The notes: generated by a model from the sequence alone, not told the origin. Positions 1-12,905 are shown, numbered from the whole stretch's first letter. The stretch is DNA of 63,664 nucleotides, filler included, from Chiloscyllium plagiosum (GCF_004010195.1; 4 parts of one record of this genome joined end to end with filler, not necessarily neighbours in it); one strand, 5' to 3'. Numbers and translations are program-made.

Positions 1-505
1 TATGTGGTTTTTGAGCAAAGTGCAATGTAACTCTGTTTGTACCAAAAAAATTCACCACACACAATATATGTGTGGGGGTGTGTGTGTGTGTGTGTGTGTG
101 TGTGCAGAGTGTCTTAAGTCTGTGAGGGGGTGTATGTGTGGGAGTCTGTGTGTCCATAAGGGTGTGTGTGGGTGTCTGTGTGCGCGTCTTTGTGTATCTG
201 TGTCCGTGTGCATGTGAGTGTGTGTAGGAATATCTGTGTGTGTGTGTAGTGCAATGGTGATCACCTGTAATGTGACATGAACCCAAGGTCCCAGTTGAGG
301 CCCTCCCTATGGGTACCGAACTTAGCTATCAGCCTCTGCTCAGCCATTTCCCCTGCTGCCTGTCCCGAAGTCCACCTTGGAGGATGGTCACCCGAAGGTC
401 TGAGGCTGAATGTCCTGGACCACTGAAGTGTTCCCCAACTGGGAAGGAACCCTCCTGTCTGTTGATTGTTGTGCGGTGCCCATTCATCCGTTGTCATAGC
501 CGTTG
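1..505 (-). mobile_element. Penelope-like element 3' end (GIY-YIG endonuclease C-terminus plus CA-rich 3' region)
   Basis: Minus frames read RMNGHRTTINRQEGSLPVGEHFSGPGHS.. and AEQRLIAKFGTHREGLNWDLGFMSHYR, typical of the PLE GIY-YIG C-terminus; followed by a (CA)n-rich tract (plus-strand GT repeat ~68-246). Confidence 0.8.
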
Positions 506-1067
506 TCATAACCCAAGTCATACATTCTAGTATAAGCACAAAGGTGCTAAAACTCATCAAGATATTTATCTTTGCAAATGACACCGAGACACCTAAATCT
601 ATCAGTATCAATCCATAGTGACATTCTTTTTTTATAGAAAAAAGGTTGGTCTACAATTTTTATGAAGGGGTCTTGCAGTAATTTCAGCAGAGTTGATGTT
701 TATCTTGTTAGGAAACTTGAATTGATGGCTACTGTCAAATGGGAACTGAAACCTGTGAGTTCATGGCAGTATACTCATTCCTTGGCAGTTGTTGGGACAG
801 TGTGGCCCTGACTGCTTTCTAGCACAGTGTCATTTGTGGAGATGGGTGGTGAGGGCATAGACACTGCCTGAGAAAGGTTGCATTTGCCTGTTTCATAGCA
901 CCACTGTCATTTCTCATACCTCATCACTGTCTTGGTCTGCAGAACAGCAGATTGCAGATAGTAAGTGCTGACTTGAACTCCTCTGTCTGTGTTGTCCATC
1001 ATTCTGCACATTTGGTACACTGACTTCAAGAGAGCTAGAATACAAGAACAGGGGTGTATTGCTAAGG

Positions 1068-1290
1068 AGGAGAAAGTGAGGACTGCAGATGCTGGAGATC
1101 AGAGCTAAAAATGTGTTGCTGGAAAAGCGCAGCAGGTCAGGCAGCATCCAAGGAACAAGAGAATCGACGTTTCGGGCATAAGCACACTTTCCTCATTCCT
1201 GAAGAAGGGCTTATGCCCGAAACGTCGATTCTCCTGTTCCTTGGATGCTGCCTGACCTGCAGCGCTTTTCTAGCAACACATTTTCATCTC
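1068..1290. mobile_element. Fold-back Penelope-derived element (family A) with hammerhead motif
   Basis: Inverted arms (tgtgttgctggaaaagcgcagcaggtcaggcagcatcc / ggatgctgcctgacctgc); 13-bp TSD tgtattgctaagg at 1055-1067 and 1291-1303. Confidence 0.85.
1199..1226 (+). ncRNA. Minimal type I hammerhead ribozyme motif
   Basis: CUGAAGA-A-GGGC(UUAU)GCCC-GAAA-CGUC: core, 4-bp helix II, palindromic ACGU in place of helix III. Confidence 0.65.
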
Positions 1291-2127
1291 TGTATTGCTA
1301 AGGCTCTGGTCAGACTGCATTTAGAATATTGTGGGTCCTGCATCTAAGGAAAGATATGCTAGTGTTGGAGGGTGTCCAGAGGAGGTTTAGAAAAATGATC
1401 TTGAGGATGAAGGGCTTGTCATATGAGGGGCAGTTGAAAACTTTGGGTCTGTATTTGATTGAGTTAGAAGAATGAGGAAAGGATCTGATTGAAATATAGG
1501 AAACTGAGAGGCCGCTAGAATGGACATGGGGAAGATAATTTCATTAGTGGGAGAGACTAGAACCTGAAGACAGAGCCTCAATGAAAGGACAACCAGATAG
1601 AACTAAAATGAGGAGGGATTTCTTCAGCCCAAAGGTGGTGAATCTGTGTAACTCATTGCCACAGAAGGCTGTGGAAACCAAGTCATTGAGTGTATTTAAA
1701 TAGAGTTGGATAGGTTTTTAATTACTACGCGGATCAAGGGTTACAGGCAAAGACAGGGGAATGAGTTTGAGAAACATATCAGCCACGATTGAATGGCAGT
1801 GCAGACTCAGTGGGCTGAATGGCTTGATTCTTCTCCTATATCTTATGGGCTTATGGACAATTGTTTGCAATTTCAGGCCACATCAAACCATTTTTCTCTG
1901 GCTGCTACTATTTACTCCAAAACATCTACAATTAATTTTACTTTGATTGCAGTGGCATCATCTGGATCTGGTATCTAAAAGTGTATACGATAATGCATCC
2001 AGCGTTTTGTTTCAAAGGCCATAAAAGGTGTAGATTGAAATGCAAATAAAAATGTTTGTCTGAACCTGCTATAGTCATGTGACCTTGACCACACGGCATA
2101 CACCCTATAGGCACATATCTTTGACTT

Positions 2128-2800
2128 AGAGTCATAGAGTCATGGAGATGTACAGCATGGAAACAGACTCTTCGATCCAACTCGTCCATGCTGACCAGAT
2201 ATCCTAATCCAATCTAGTCCTACCTGCCAGCATCCGGCCCAGATCCCTCCAAACCCTTCCTATTCATGTACCCATCCAGATGCCTTTTAAATGTTGCAGT
2301 CATACTAGCCTCCACCACTTCCTCTGGCAAATCATTCCATACACGTACCACCCTCTGAGTGAAAAAGTTGCCCCTTAGGTCTCTTTTATATCTTTCCCCT
2401 CTCACCCTAAACCTATGTCCTCTAGTTCTGGACTCCCCCACCCCAGGAAAAACACCTTGTCTATTTATCCTATCTATGCCCTTCACGATTTTATAAACCT
2501 CTATAAGGTCACCCCTCAGCCTCCGACACTCAAGGGAAAACAGCCCCAGCCTATTCAACCTCTCCCTATAGCTGAAATCCTTCAACCCTGGCAACATCCT
2601 TGTAAATCTTTTCTGAACGATAGGAAGGAGACCAGACTAGCACGCAATATTCCAAAAGTATCCTAACAATGTCCTGTACAGCCGCAAAATGACCTCCCAA
2701 TTCCTGTACTCAATACTGTGACCAATAAAGGAAAGCATACCAAACGCCTTCTTCACTATCGTATCTACCTGTAACTCTACTTTCAAGGAGCTATGAACCC
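2128..2800 (-). mobile_element. CR1 LINE 3' fragment
   Basis: ORF 2220-2597 (LSYRERLNRLGLFSLE..RGDLIEVYKI..TRGH..FFTQRVVRVWN) and GACTCTAT-type tail. Confidence 0.92.
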
Positions 2801-2875
2801 ACACTTCACTTCATTAAAGTCACCACACTGAACAGGTTTTTGTGTTGTACACTTGAAGCATGGAGTCATAAGAGG

Positions 2876-2966
2876 CATAAGGTGAATGCCAGGACCATTA
2901 AGAATCAAGCAAATTGCTACATAAGGTGACTGCCAGGACCATTAAGAATCAAGCAAATTGCTACAT
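2876..2966. repeat. 44-bp tandem duplication
   Basis: cataaggtga(a/c)tgccaggaccattaagaatcaagcaaattgcta x2, one mismatch. Confidence 0.95.
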
Positions 2967-2989
2967 GTCTTGAGTCACCAGGTAAGATT

Positions 2990-3186
2990 GCTGAAGCTCA
3001 CATCTGAGCCAGATGTGTTTTTACAGCAATTGACAATAGTCACCATTAAATCATATTTAAATTCCAGATTTAAAAAAAAATTGAATTCATATCCATCATA
3101 TGCCTTGGTGGAATTCAAACCCATCAACCTTAGCCTGGCTCTCTGGATTACTATGCCATTGAGATTGACACTATGCCACTGCATCC
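2990..3186 (-). mobile_element. Old tRNA-derived SINE
   Basis: Reverse strand begins ggatgcagtggcatagtg.. with B-box-like ggtttgaattcc. Confidence 0.45.
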
Positions 3187-3524
3187 ACCTTATTTCTCTG
3201 ATTTTCTCAAATGATGACAACTTTTACATCATATCTTGAGTCCAAACGTCTTAGCAATGAGCTTGAGTGGCAACAGAGAAGGAAAAAAATGGAAGCAAAT
3301 CCTGCACTCTAGATTCTCCTAACTCAGGGACCATCCTCCCACAAGTGTCCAAAGATCTGTGGGACAAGAATCTGCTTAATCATTGACATGAAGACTCACG
3401 GCAGAACAGACATCATCCTTGAATTGAAAGATAGCCTGTGATGACTCTCCCGCCCCCAAATCCTGGGACATTGAGCAGAAATGGGAGTTTCTGGCTGCTG
3501 ATTCCCATTAGAAAGTAAAATAAA

Positions 3525-4035
3525 GGCTTGGATTTATATAGCGGCTTTCACTATCTCAGGGCATCCCAAAACATTTTTAGAATTATTAAGTATTGACATT
3601 GTCATGTTACAGCTAATATAGAATCCATACAGAGCGGAAGGAGGCCATTTAGCACATCACGTCCCCATAACCTTCTGAGGAGCATCCCATCCAGGCTCAA
3701 CCACCCACCCTATCCCATAATCCCACATTTACACTGGCTAATCTACCTAGCCTATACATCCCTGGACTCTATAGGGCAATTTAGCATGGCCAATCCACCT
3801 AACCTGCACATCTTTGGACTGTGGGAGGAAACCCCCACGCAGACAAAGGGAGAACAGGAAAGCTCCACACTGTTTGGAATCAAACCTGGGTGCCTGGTGC
3901 AGTGAAGCAGCAGTGCTAACCACTGAGCCACTGTGCTACCCAACAATACATGCACAACAAGTTCATACTAGGACCAACGTGTGAATAACCAATTAATATA
4001 TTTTAGAAATTGTTTGGTTGAGGGCTGGGAAAATC
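3525..4035 (-). mobile_element. DeuSINE-like (SacSINE1/AmnSINE-type) remnant split by an HE1-like SINE
   Basis: Reverse complement of tail ..tttgggatgccctgagatagtgaaagccgctatataaatcc and Deu-like segment after 3945; family assignment from recall. Confidence 0.45.
3619..3941 (-). mobile_element. HE1-like tRNA-derived SINE
   Basis: Reverse: gggtagcacagtggctcagtggttagcactgctg (A box), B-box-like region, ctcccacagtccaaagatgtgcagg body. Confidence 0.85.
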
Positions 4036-5235
4036 TGCTGATGTTGCAATATATTTATGAAAGTAGAACTATTCATTTTGGTGTCCATTTTGATATAGTC
4101 AGAATTTTAGCATCACCCTGACTTGTAAACATGATATAGAGTTTCAAGTTACAAATGTTTGCCCAAATTTTGTAAGAATTGTACTTTGACAGAAAGGGAA
4201 AACAAAATTATGTCAGAAAGGAAGAATAGTCTGTTGGTATCTGAATATAGATTGCAATGTTCCTACACAGACAAGCAACAATTGAAACATTCCCATAAGC
4301 TGTTAAAAAATTTAACATGCACTGAAACAGATTGCCAAATGTTCTAAAAAAATTAAACAGTACATCAATTGCTAGTAAAGTTCTCAAAAATAGTTAAATT
4401 GTCACAGATTGTTTATTGCCAATGCAGGAGGAAAAATATCAAACCACTTTAAATTAGGTTTCAAGTAAAATAGCAGGAACATAGAATTGAGAAATAATTG
4501 GACAGTGTACCTTGGCAGAAAGATTTACAAACTTAGACAAATTAGATAATATTTCTTATTCACAATGCATCAAATGAAGGTGTTGTTGTTAGTAACTGTG
4601 TATAAGTTTAAAACAGAGAAGTGTGATGTTATGTTTTCCAACAGATAGGAATGGAAGATTGGATAAATGTGAATAGTGTTACAATCTAAGTTATTCATTG
4701 AGGGCTACAATGAATACCGGTTTTGTACTTTAGCACAATTTATTTCCCCAGCCTGTGGGAACAAGTCGTGACTGTTACTGCCTGTACAGTACAATAAAGA
4801 GAGACGTGGCTGTAAATATGAAGTAGACATTATGCAGCCCCTTAGTATTAACATTCTGGAAGTGCCCTGTTAATTGACCAATGGAAAAGATTTGCTAATA
4901 ACCTTTTGCAGTATTAATATACCACACAATGTTATGCACAAATGTCAAAGTATAAACCTTAAAAATACTTTAAACACATGAGGACATTAAATCCATGGAA
5001 CTTAAATATATGATTTTGTCAATATTACCCATTTCCCAACAACAGTAAAAAGTCAAATCTAGTGAAGTTGTAAAACAGTCCATGCATCGAACTTCATCTT
5101 ATTCCCACCAAGTGGGTTAAATTAAAATTTTCCCCAGTTTTATAAAATACCACAAAACACCTAACATAACATTTCTACTTTGCACTATTAAATGGAATGA
5201 GCATTTATATAAATATCATTTATAAAAAAAAACTT

Positions 5236-5986
5236 TGATGTGAACAAAGAAGGTATGGCTAGTAAGTTTGCAGATGACACCGAAAATTGGAGGTGTAGTG
5301 GAGAGTGAAGAAGGTTACCTCAGAGTACAATGGGATCTTTATCAGATGAGTAAGAGGCTGAGGAGTGACTGATGGAGTTTAATTAAAATAAATGTGAGGT
5401 GCTGCATTTTGGAAAGGCATATCAGGGCAGGACTTACACACTTAATGATAAGGTTCTGGGGAATGTTGCTGAACAAAGAGACTTGGGAGTTCAGGTTCAT
5501 CTTTCATTGAAAATGGAGTCACAGAGAGACAGGATAGTGAGAAAGGCATTTAGTATGCTTGTCTTTATTGGACAGTGCATTGAGAGTACGAGTTGGGAGG
5601 TCATGTTGCAGCCGTACAGAGATTGGTTAGGCTGCTTTTGGAATACTGCATACAATTTTGGTCTCTCTGATATAGGAAGGATATTGTGAAACTTGAAAGA
5701 GTTCAGAAAAGATTTACAAGGATGTTGCCGGGGTTGGAGGGTTTGAGCTATAGGGAGAGGCTGAATTGGCTGGGGCTATTTTCCCTGGAGCATTGGATGC
5801 TGTGGTGGAGGCTGGTACAATGACAATATTTAGAAGGCATCTGGATGGGTATATGAATAGGAATGGTTTCAAGGAAAGGGGCCAAATGCTGGCAAATGGG
5901 ACTGGATTTATTTAGGATATCTGGCCGGCATGGACGTGTTGGACCAAAGGGTCTGTTTCCATGCTGTACAACTCTATGACTCTATG
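5236..5986 (+). mobile_element. CR1 LINE 3' fragment
   Basis: SKFADDT RT motif, LHFGK..RDLGVQV, ctctatgactctatga tail. Confidence 0.9.
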
Positions 5987-6000
5987 AGCATGTTTACAAA

Positions 6001-7380
6001 TAGAGTCATAGAGTGATACACATGGAAACAAGTCTTTTGGCTCAAATTGGTCCTTACTGACCATGGTGCCCACTCAGCTGGTTCCAGTTGTCCACATTTG
6101 GTCCATATCCCTCTAAACCCTTCCTATCCATGTACCCATCTAAATGTTTTTAAAATTTTGCTATTGTACCTGCCTCCACCACTTTCTCTGGCAGTCCATT
6201 CCATGTATACACCACTCAGATCCTTCTTAAATCTTTCCCCTCTCACCTTAAACCTATGCCCTATAGTTTTCAATTCCCCATCCCTGGGGAAAAAACATTA
6301 TATGCATTTATCCTATCTATGCCCTTCAGAATTTTATACACCTCACGTCTCATTCTCTTATGATCCAAGGAATAAAGTCCTATCCTGGCCAATCTCTCCC
6401 TCTATCTCAGGCCTACTAGTCCTGGCAACATGCTTGTAAATCTTTTTTGGCACACTTTCCGGTTTAACTATGTCTTTCCTATGACAGGGTGACGAAAATT
6501 GTACACGGTACTCCAAATGCGGCCTCACCAATAACTTATACGAGTGTAATATAGAGTCCCAACTCCTATACTCAATGCCTCGACTACTGAGGGCCAGCAT
6601 GCTAAATACCTTCTTTATCACCATGTCTACCTGTGATGCCAGTTTCAAAGAACTATGTACTTGTACTCCTAGGTCCCTCTGTTCCATAACATTCCTCAGG
6701 ACCTTACCATTTAATGTATAAATCTGAGTTTGGTTTGATTTTACAAAGCGCAACACCTCATTTTATCTGCATTGAATTGCATTTGCCAATCCTCAGCCTA
6801 CTTCCCCATCTGATCAAGATTCCTCTGTGATTTTTGATAACCTTCCTTGCTGTCAACGATACCTCCTAATTTTGTAACTTTGCACATTTACTTAATCATA
6901 CCTTGTATGTTCACATTCAGATCATTTATGTAAATAACAAATAACAAAGGTCCCATCACCGACCCCTGTGGCACACCACAAGTCACAGGCCTCTGGTCCA
7001 AGAAACAATCTTCAACCATCAAGCCTGTTTTGAATTCAATTAGCTAGCTCTCTCTGGATCCCATGTGACCTATTCTTCATGACTAGCCTCCCTGTGGGAC
7101 CTTGTCAAAGATCTTACTAAACTCCATATAGACATCATCCACTGCCCTACCCTCATCTATCCTCTTAGTTAATTCTTCGAAAAACTTCAAAATATTTGTC
7201 AGACATAACTTCCCATGCACAAATCCATGCAGTCTATCCCTAATCAGACCTTGACTATCCAAATGTTGATTGATCCTGTCCTTCAGTATCCTTGCCAACA
7301 ACTTGCGTACCACTGATGTCAGGTTCACTGGCTTGTTTTTGCTACATTTCTTAAACAATGGAGCAACATTAGCCATCTTT
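6001..7380 (-). mobile_element. CR1 LINE fragment (RT to 3' tail)
   Basis: ORFs 7083-7376 (ANVAPLFKK..HGFV..FDKVP) and 6358-6756 (RDLGVQV..LVRPHLEY). Confidence 0.9.
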
Positions 7381-7940
7381 TATCTTTTATAAATTGTTGC
7401 TGAGGGGAATTAGCTTACGGTTCAAGCCCTCCAGTAAATAATACATCACTCTAAACTATTCATAGACTATTAATAGAATGTTGTGTTTTGCCAAACACTA
7501 TTATTAAAAGCAGATTCAGTTCAGTGGTGTCAGATGTCTTGGGTTTTTGCTTGAAAAATGTAATTATCATTATCAGGAATACATTGCCGTTGTTTCAGGC
7601 ATCTCTACTGCATGATAGGTTACTTTTGATATTAACTCATTAACTTCTAAAATTATATTTCTACTTCATCCATATCTATTATAAAATACTGATAACTGTT
7701 AGAAGGTTGTGTATGTACTTAGATGTACAAGCCATTTCATCCCAATCAGCTCATTTGACTTTTTACCTTTTGGAGGTGCATATAAAAAGCATTATTTAGA
7801 ATATGAAGAGAAAGTGAGGTCTGTTTGGATTTTTAAAAAAAGTCAATAAATCAGCAGGTGAGATTTCACCCTAGACCTGCTTGCCCAAAGTTAAGGATGC
7901 TATCACTATGCCTCAAGGCCACCTCTTATATGGCTCAAAT

Positions 7941-8281
7941 AACACAACACCAGGTTATAGTCCAACAAGTTTATTTGGACGTACTAGCTTTCGGAGTGCT
8001 GCTCCTTCATCAGGTAGCTGTGGATCAGGATCATAAAACACAGAATTTATGGCAAAGAATCTCAATGATTGAACAAACCTAGATTGCTGTAATTAAGCAT
8101 TTCAGTTGCATAACACTGAGATCTTTTGCTATAAATTCTTATAATCCTGCTCCACAGCTATCTGATGAAGAAGCAGTGCTCCGAAAGCTAGTATTTCCAA
8201 ATAAACCTGTAGGACTATAACCTGGTGTTGTGTGATTTTTAACTTTGTCCACCCCAGTCCAACACCAGCACCCCCACATCA
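7941..8281. mobile_element. Fold-back Penelope-derived element (family C) with two hammerhead motifs
   Basis: Arms acaacaccaggttatagtcc..ctttcggagtgctgctccttcatcagg / ctgatgaagaagcagtgctccgaaagc..ggactataacctggtgttgt; degenerate TSD atggct.aa.ta. Confidence 0.8.
7985..8013 (-). ncRNA. Minimal hammerhead motif (AGCU-palindrome variant)
   Basis: UAC-CUGAUGA-A-GGAG(CAGCA)CUCC-GAAA-GCUA-GUA; helix I UAC/GUA. Confidence 0.65.
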
Positions 8282-8365
8282 TGGCTTAAGTAGTGATTGC
8301 TATATGTTTGAAGTTTGGCAATATAATTAAAAATCAAAACTGATGCCAACAGCCAACACAAACCA

Positions 8366-8758
8366 ACTAGCCTATCGTGTAGGACCTTGTCAAAGACCTT
8401 ACTAAACTCCATATAGACAACATCCACCGCCCTACCCTTATCTATCCTTTTGACTACTTCTTCAAAAAACCTTAAAATATTTGTCAGACATAACTTCCCT
8501 AGTCAGACCTTGACTATTCAAATGTTGGTTGATCCTATCTCTCAGTATCCTTGCCAACAATTTGCCTACAACTGATGTCAAGCTCACTGGCTTGTCTTTG
8601 CTAAATTTCTTAAACAATAGAGCAACATTAGCTACCTTTTTATCTTTTATAAATTGTTGCTGAAGGGAATTAACTTATGGTTCAAGCCCTCCAGTAAATA
8701 ATATTACTCTAGACAATTCATAGACTATTAATAGAATGTTGTGTTTTGCCAAACACTA
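8366..8758. repeat. Direct duplicate of 7082-7500 (CR1 piece plus ~120 bp non-CR1 flank)
   Basis: Both copies share the CR1/flank junction and end at gttttgccaaacacta; second copy has a short internal deletion. Confidence 0.9.
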
Positions 8759-9175
8759 ATAGAGACTGACTTCTTGGGTCAACATTCTCTTTTATTCAGT
8801 AGCAACTTTTCTAGCTGCCAAAGTAAGTTAGGGGACGGCTTCTGAGTGTTTCAACAGATGTCTTTTACAGAATTGAGACTCCCTATCACTCAGGGTGCTG
8901 TTAGACTCATATAAATATAGAAAGTGAGTAAAGCTGGTTAGGTGGTATAGAATGTGGATTGGCTCAATAGCTTTTGCTTGTCTTAGCCAGTAAGATCATT
9001 GGACATCATTCTCCATCAAGTAAAAAGGTTTTGGGGATAGTGGAGATTGCACTATTTCAAGCAAATGGCCATGTCTCAATGTCTAAGAGAAGTAGCCCGC
9101 AGTCAATTGAAGGGGACCAAAGTTCACTCTTTGAAGTCCTGCACAAAACAGCCTCCAATTACAGTCCAGGGCTTG

Positions 9176-10057
9176 GATAAGGTTCCCCAAAATAGGCTCA
9201 TTCATAACGTCAGGAGGTATGGGATACAGGGAGATTTGGCTGTCTGGATTCAGAATTGGTTGGCTGACAGAAGGTAGAGAGTGGTTGTAGATGTAAAGTA
9301 ATCTGCCTGGAGGTCAGTGGTGAATGGTGTCCCACAGGGCTCTGTTCTTGGGCCTCTGCTCTTTGTAGTTTTTATAAATGACTTGGATGAGGAGATTGAG
9401 GGGTGGGTTAGTAAATTTGCCGATGACACAAAGGTTGGAGATTCCATTGATAGTATCGAGGGCTATTGCAGGCTGCAGCGCGACATATACAGGGTAGACA
9501 TACCCACCCAATTCCCCTACATCGCTGACCTCACATGCCCTCTCTCTTTCTACACTAATAGGGTCTGTTTACTCCTGGAATGAAAGTAACGGAGGGAATG
9601 AATGGAATGAAAGTGGCTGGTGCAGCTGTTAGTACTAGTGCAAATGGGGAACAGGTGAAAATGTGTCCCAGTGAGTAAGTAGGCAGAACAGAGGACATGT
9701 GAGGTCAGTGATGTAGGGGAATTGGGTGGATATGTCTATCCTGTATATGTCGCGCTGCAGCCTGCAATAGCCCTCGATACTATTAATGGAATCTCCAACC
9801 TTTGTGTCATCGGCAAATTTACTAACCCACCCCTCAACCTCCTCATTCAAGTCATTTATAAAAACTACAAAGAGCAGAGGCCCAAGAACAGAGCCCTGTG
9901 GGACACCACTCACCACTGACCTCCAGGCAGATTACTTTACATCTACAACCACTCTCTACCTTTTGTCAGCCAACAAATTCTGAATCCAGACAGCCAAATC
10001 TCCCTGTATCCCATACCTCCTGACATTATGAATGAGCCTATTATGGGGAACCTTATC
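9176..10057. repeat. 368-bp inverted duplication (arms 9176-9543 and 9690-10057)
   Basis: Arms are reverse complements with about a dozen mismatches by eye; mirrored ORFs 9317-9583(+) and 9635-9916(-). Confidence 0.95.
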
Positions 10058-12070
10058 AAATTCCTTGCTGAAATTCATATACACCATATCCACTGCTTGA
10101 CCTTCGTCGACCTGTCTCATCACCTCCTCAAAGAACTCAATAAGAGTTGTGAGGCACGACCTGCCCCTCACAAAGCCATTCTGATGGCCTTTAATCACTC
10201 TATGCTTTTCCAAATGCCCATAAATCCTATCCTCAGGATTCTTTCCCATACCTTGATGACCATAGACGTAAGACTGATTGGTCTGTAATTGCCAAGGATT
10301 TCCCTATTCCCCTTCTTGAAAAGAGGAACAACATTTGCCTCCCTCCAATCCTCTGGTACGACTCCCGTGGAGAGTGAGGAAGCAAGGTGGCTTAGCAACA
10401 TCCTTTCTTGCTTCCCAGAGCAATCTAGGATAAATCTGGTCTGGCCCTGGAGCTTACCAATCTTAATGTTTGCCAAAATTTCCGGCACATCAACTTCATT
10501 AATCTTGATCTGTTCAAGTCTGTTTCCCAACTCCTCAAAGTTCTCATTCACAACAAGGTCCCTTCCTTTGTGCAAATCGAAGCAAAAAACTCATTTAGGG
10601 CTTCCCTTATCTGTTCAGAATCCACGCACAAGTTCCCTACTCTATCTTGGACCGGCTCTACCTTCTCCCTGATCATTCTCTTATGAGTAAAATAGCTTTG
10701 GGTTCTCCCTAATCCTTCCTGCCAAGCCTTTTTCGTGACCCCTCCTGGCTCTCCTCAGTCCATTTCTGATATCCTTTCTAATAAGCCTATAATCCTCTAA
10801 AGCTTGCTAGATCCTTGATTCCTCCACCTTACATAAGCTGCCTTTTTCCTTTTGATGAGAAGCTCCTCTGTTCTCGCCATCCAAGTCTCCATAATCTTAC
10901 CCCTTCTTGCCTGTCTCAGAGGAACAAATTTGTGCATCACTCACAACAATTGCTCCTTAAACAGTCTCCACATGTCTGTTGCGCCCTTTCTGTGGAACAG
11001 TTGCTCCTAATCAGTACTTCCCAACACCTGTCTGATAGTGTCATAATTTCCTTTTCCCCAATTAAATATCTTCCCTTGGTAACTGCTCCTTTCCTTCTCC
11101 AAGGTTATGGTAAATGTGAGGCAGTTGTGGTCACTGTTGCCAAAGTGTTCTCCCACCGCAAGATCTAACACCTGTTCTGGCTCATTGCCAAGCACCAAAT
11201 CCAAAATGGCCTCTCCCCTCATCGGCCTATCTACATACTGAGTAAGGCAGCATCCGAGGAGCAGGAAAATCGATGTTTCAGGCAAAAGCCTTTCATCAGG
11301 AATAGAGCCTAATGAAGGGCTTTTGCCCGAAACATCGATTTTCCTGCGCCTCAGATGCTGCCTGACCTGCTGTGCTTTTCCAGCACCACTCTGATCTAGA
11401 CTCTGGTTTCCAGCATCTGCAATCCTTGTTTTTACATACATACTGAGTAAGGAAACCCTCCTGAACACACCTGACAAAAACAGTTCCATCCAAACCATCT
11501 GCACAAAGGAGGTTCCAGTCAATATTGGAGAAGTTGAAGTCACCCATAACAACAACCCTGCTACAAATGCATTTTTCCAAAATCTGCCGGCCTATGAATT
11601 ATTCAGTCTCCCTACTGCTATTAGGGGGTCTGTAGAAAACTCCCAATAAGGTGGCTGCTTCCTTTGTGTTCCTAACTTCCACCCATACTGACTCAGTAGA
11701 CAAACCTTCCTCAACAACTTTGGTTTCTGTAGCTGTGATGCACTCTCTGATTAGTCATGCTACACCCCCTCCTCTTTTTCCATCCTCCCTGTTCTTTTTA
11801 AACATTCTAAACCCTGGAACATTGAGTAACCATTCCTGACCCTGTGAAACCCACGTCTCCGTTATGGCCACAACATCATAGTCCCAGGTACTGATCCATG
11901 CTCTAAGTTCATCACTCTTATTTCTGACACTCCTTGTGTTAAAGCAGACACACTTTAACCGATCCCTTTGTTTCATCACGTGAAAAACCTTCATCGTGTG
12001 AGATCTCACCCACTTAAACAAAAACTTCCCGGCAGCCCTTTCTTCTCTACGCCCTCTCTCCTCACCGCTC
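9735..12070 (-). mobile_element. CR1 LINE ORF2 (APE endonuclease to RT), 3'-truncated
   Basis: LKCVCFNTRSVRNKSDEL..VAITETW, MGDFNF, LDLVL..SDHN, VPEDWREANVVPLFKKG..NYRPISLTS, GVPQGSVLGP, FADDTK; many stops/frameshifts. Confidence 0.95.
11248..11436. mobile_element. Fold-back Penelope-derived element (family B) inserted in CR1
   Basis: 16-bp TSD tacatactgagtaagg (11232-11247, 11437-11452); degenerate ctgatgaagggcttttgcccgaaac motifs on both strands. Confidence 0.85.
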
Positions 12071-12520
12071 TGTTCAAAATGGACAGTAGAGTTAGTACAG
12101 TTCAGAGATAGGAAAGATGCAATCACTTTGATAGAATTGTACTGCAGCCCTGCCAGGAATCATCCTTGTGAAAGTTTTCTCTGAACTGCTTCCAATGAAA
12201 TGATATCTTTCCTTAAATAAGGTGACCAAAACTACTCACAGTCCTCCAGATGTGGTCTCACCAACAGTGTACAGTTGCAGTAAGACTTCTCTACTCTTAT
12301 ACTTCAAATGCCTTGAAATAATGGCTAATATTTCATTAACCTTCCTGATTATCTGCTAGTTTTCTCTGTTCAATTCACAAGTATCCCCAAATCCCTTTGT
12401 GTTGCAGTTTTCTGTAGTTTTCTCCTTCTAAATGACACTCTATTCTTTTGTGCTCAAAACAAACAACAAGCATCTTCTCAATATGCCAAATTTTTGCCAG
12501 CTTATTTAACCTATCACCAT

Positions 12521-12905
12521 GGGCGGCACGGTAGCACAGTGGTTAGCACTGCTGCCTCACAGCGCAAGACCTGGGTTCAATTCCCGCCTCATCAATATGC
12601 CAAATTTTTGCCAGCTTACTTAACCTATCACCATGGGCGGCACGGTAGCACAGTGGTTAGCACTGCTGCCTCACAGCGCGAGACCCGGGTTCAATTCCCG
12701 CCTCAGGCGACTGACTGTGTGGAGTTTGCACATTCTCCCCGTGTCTGCGTGGGTTTCCTCCGGTTGCTCCGGTTTCCTCCCACAGTCCAAAGATGTGCAT
12801 CGGTGTGGACTTGTTGGGCCAAAGGGCCTGTTTCCACACTGTAAAGTAATCTAATCTAATATAATCTAAAGTAATCTAATCTAATCTAATCTAATCTAAT
12901 CTAAT
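12521..12905 (+). mobile_element. HE1-like SINE with duplicated head and (TAATC)n tail
   Basis: gggcggcacggtagcacagtggttagcactgctgcctcacagcgc..gggttcaattccc at 12521 and 12635; internal deletion relative to copy 54406-54718. Confidence 0.9.

Larger units (their letters stand above)
1030..1850 (+). mobile_element. Degraded CR1 LINE 3' fragment, split by a Penelope-derived insert
   Basis: LEY..KALVRLHLEYC..VQRRF-like remnants and CR1 3' UTR (gggctgaatggcttgattcttctcctatatcttatg). Confidence 0.75.
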
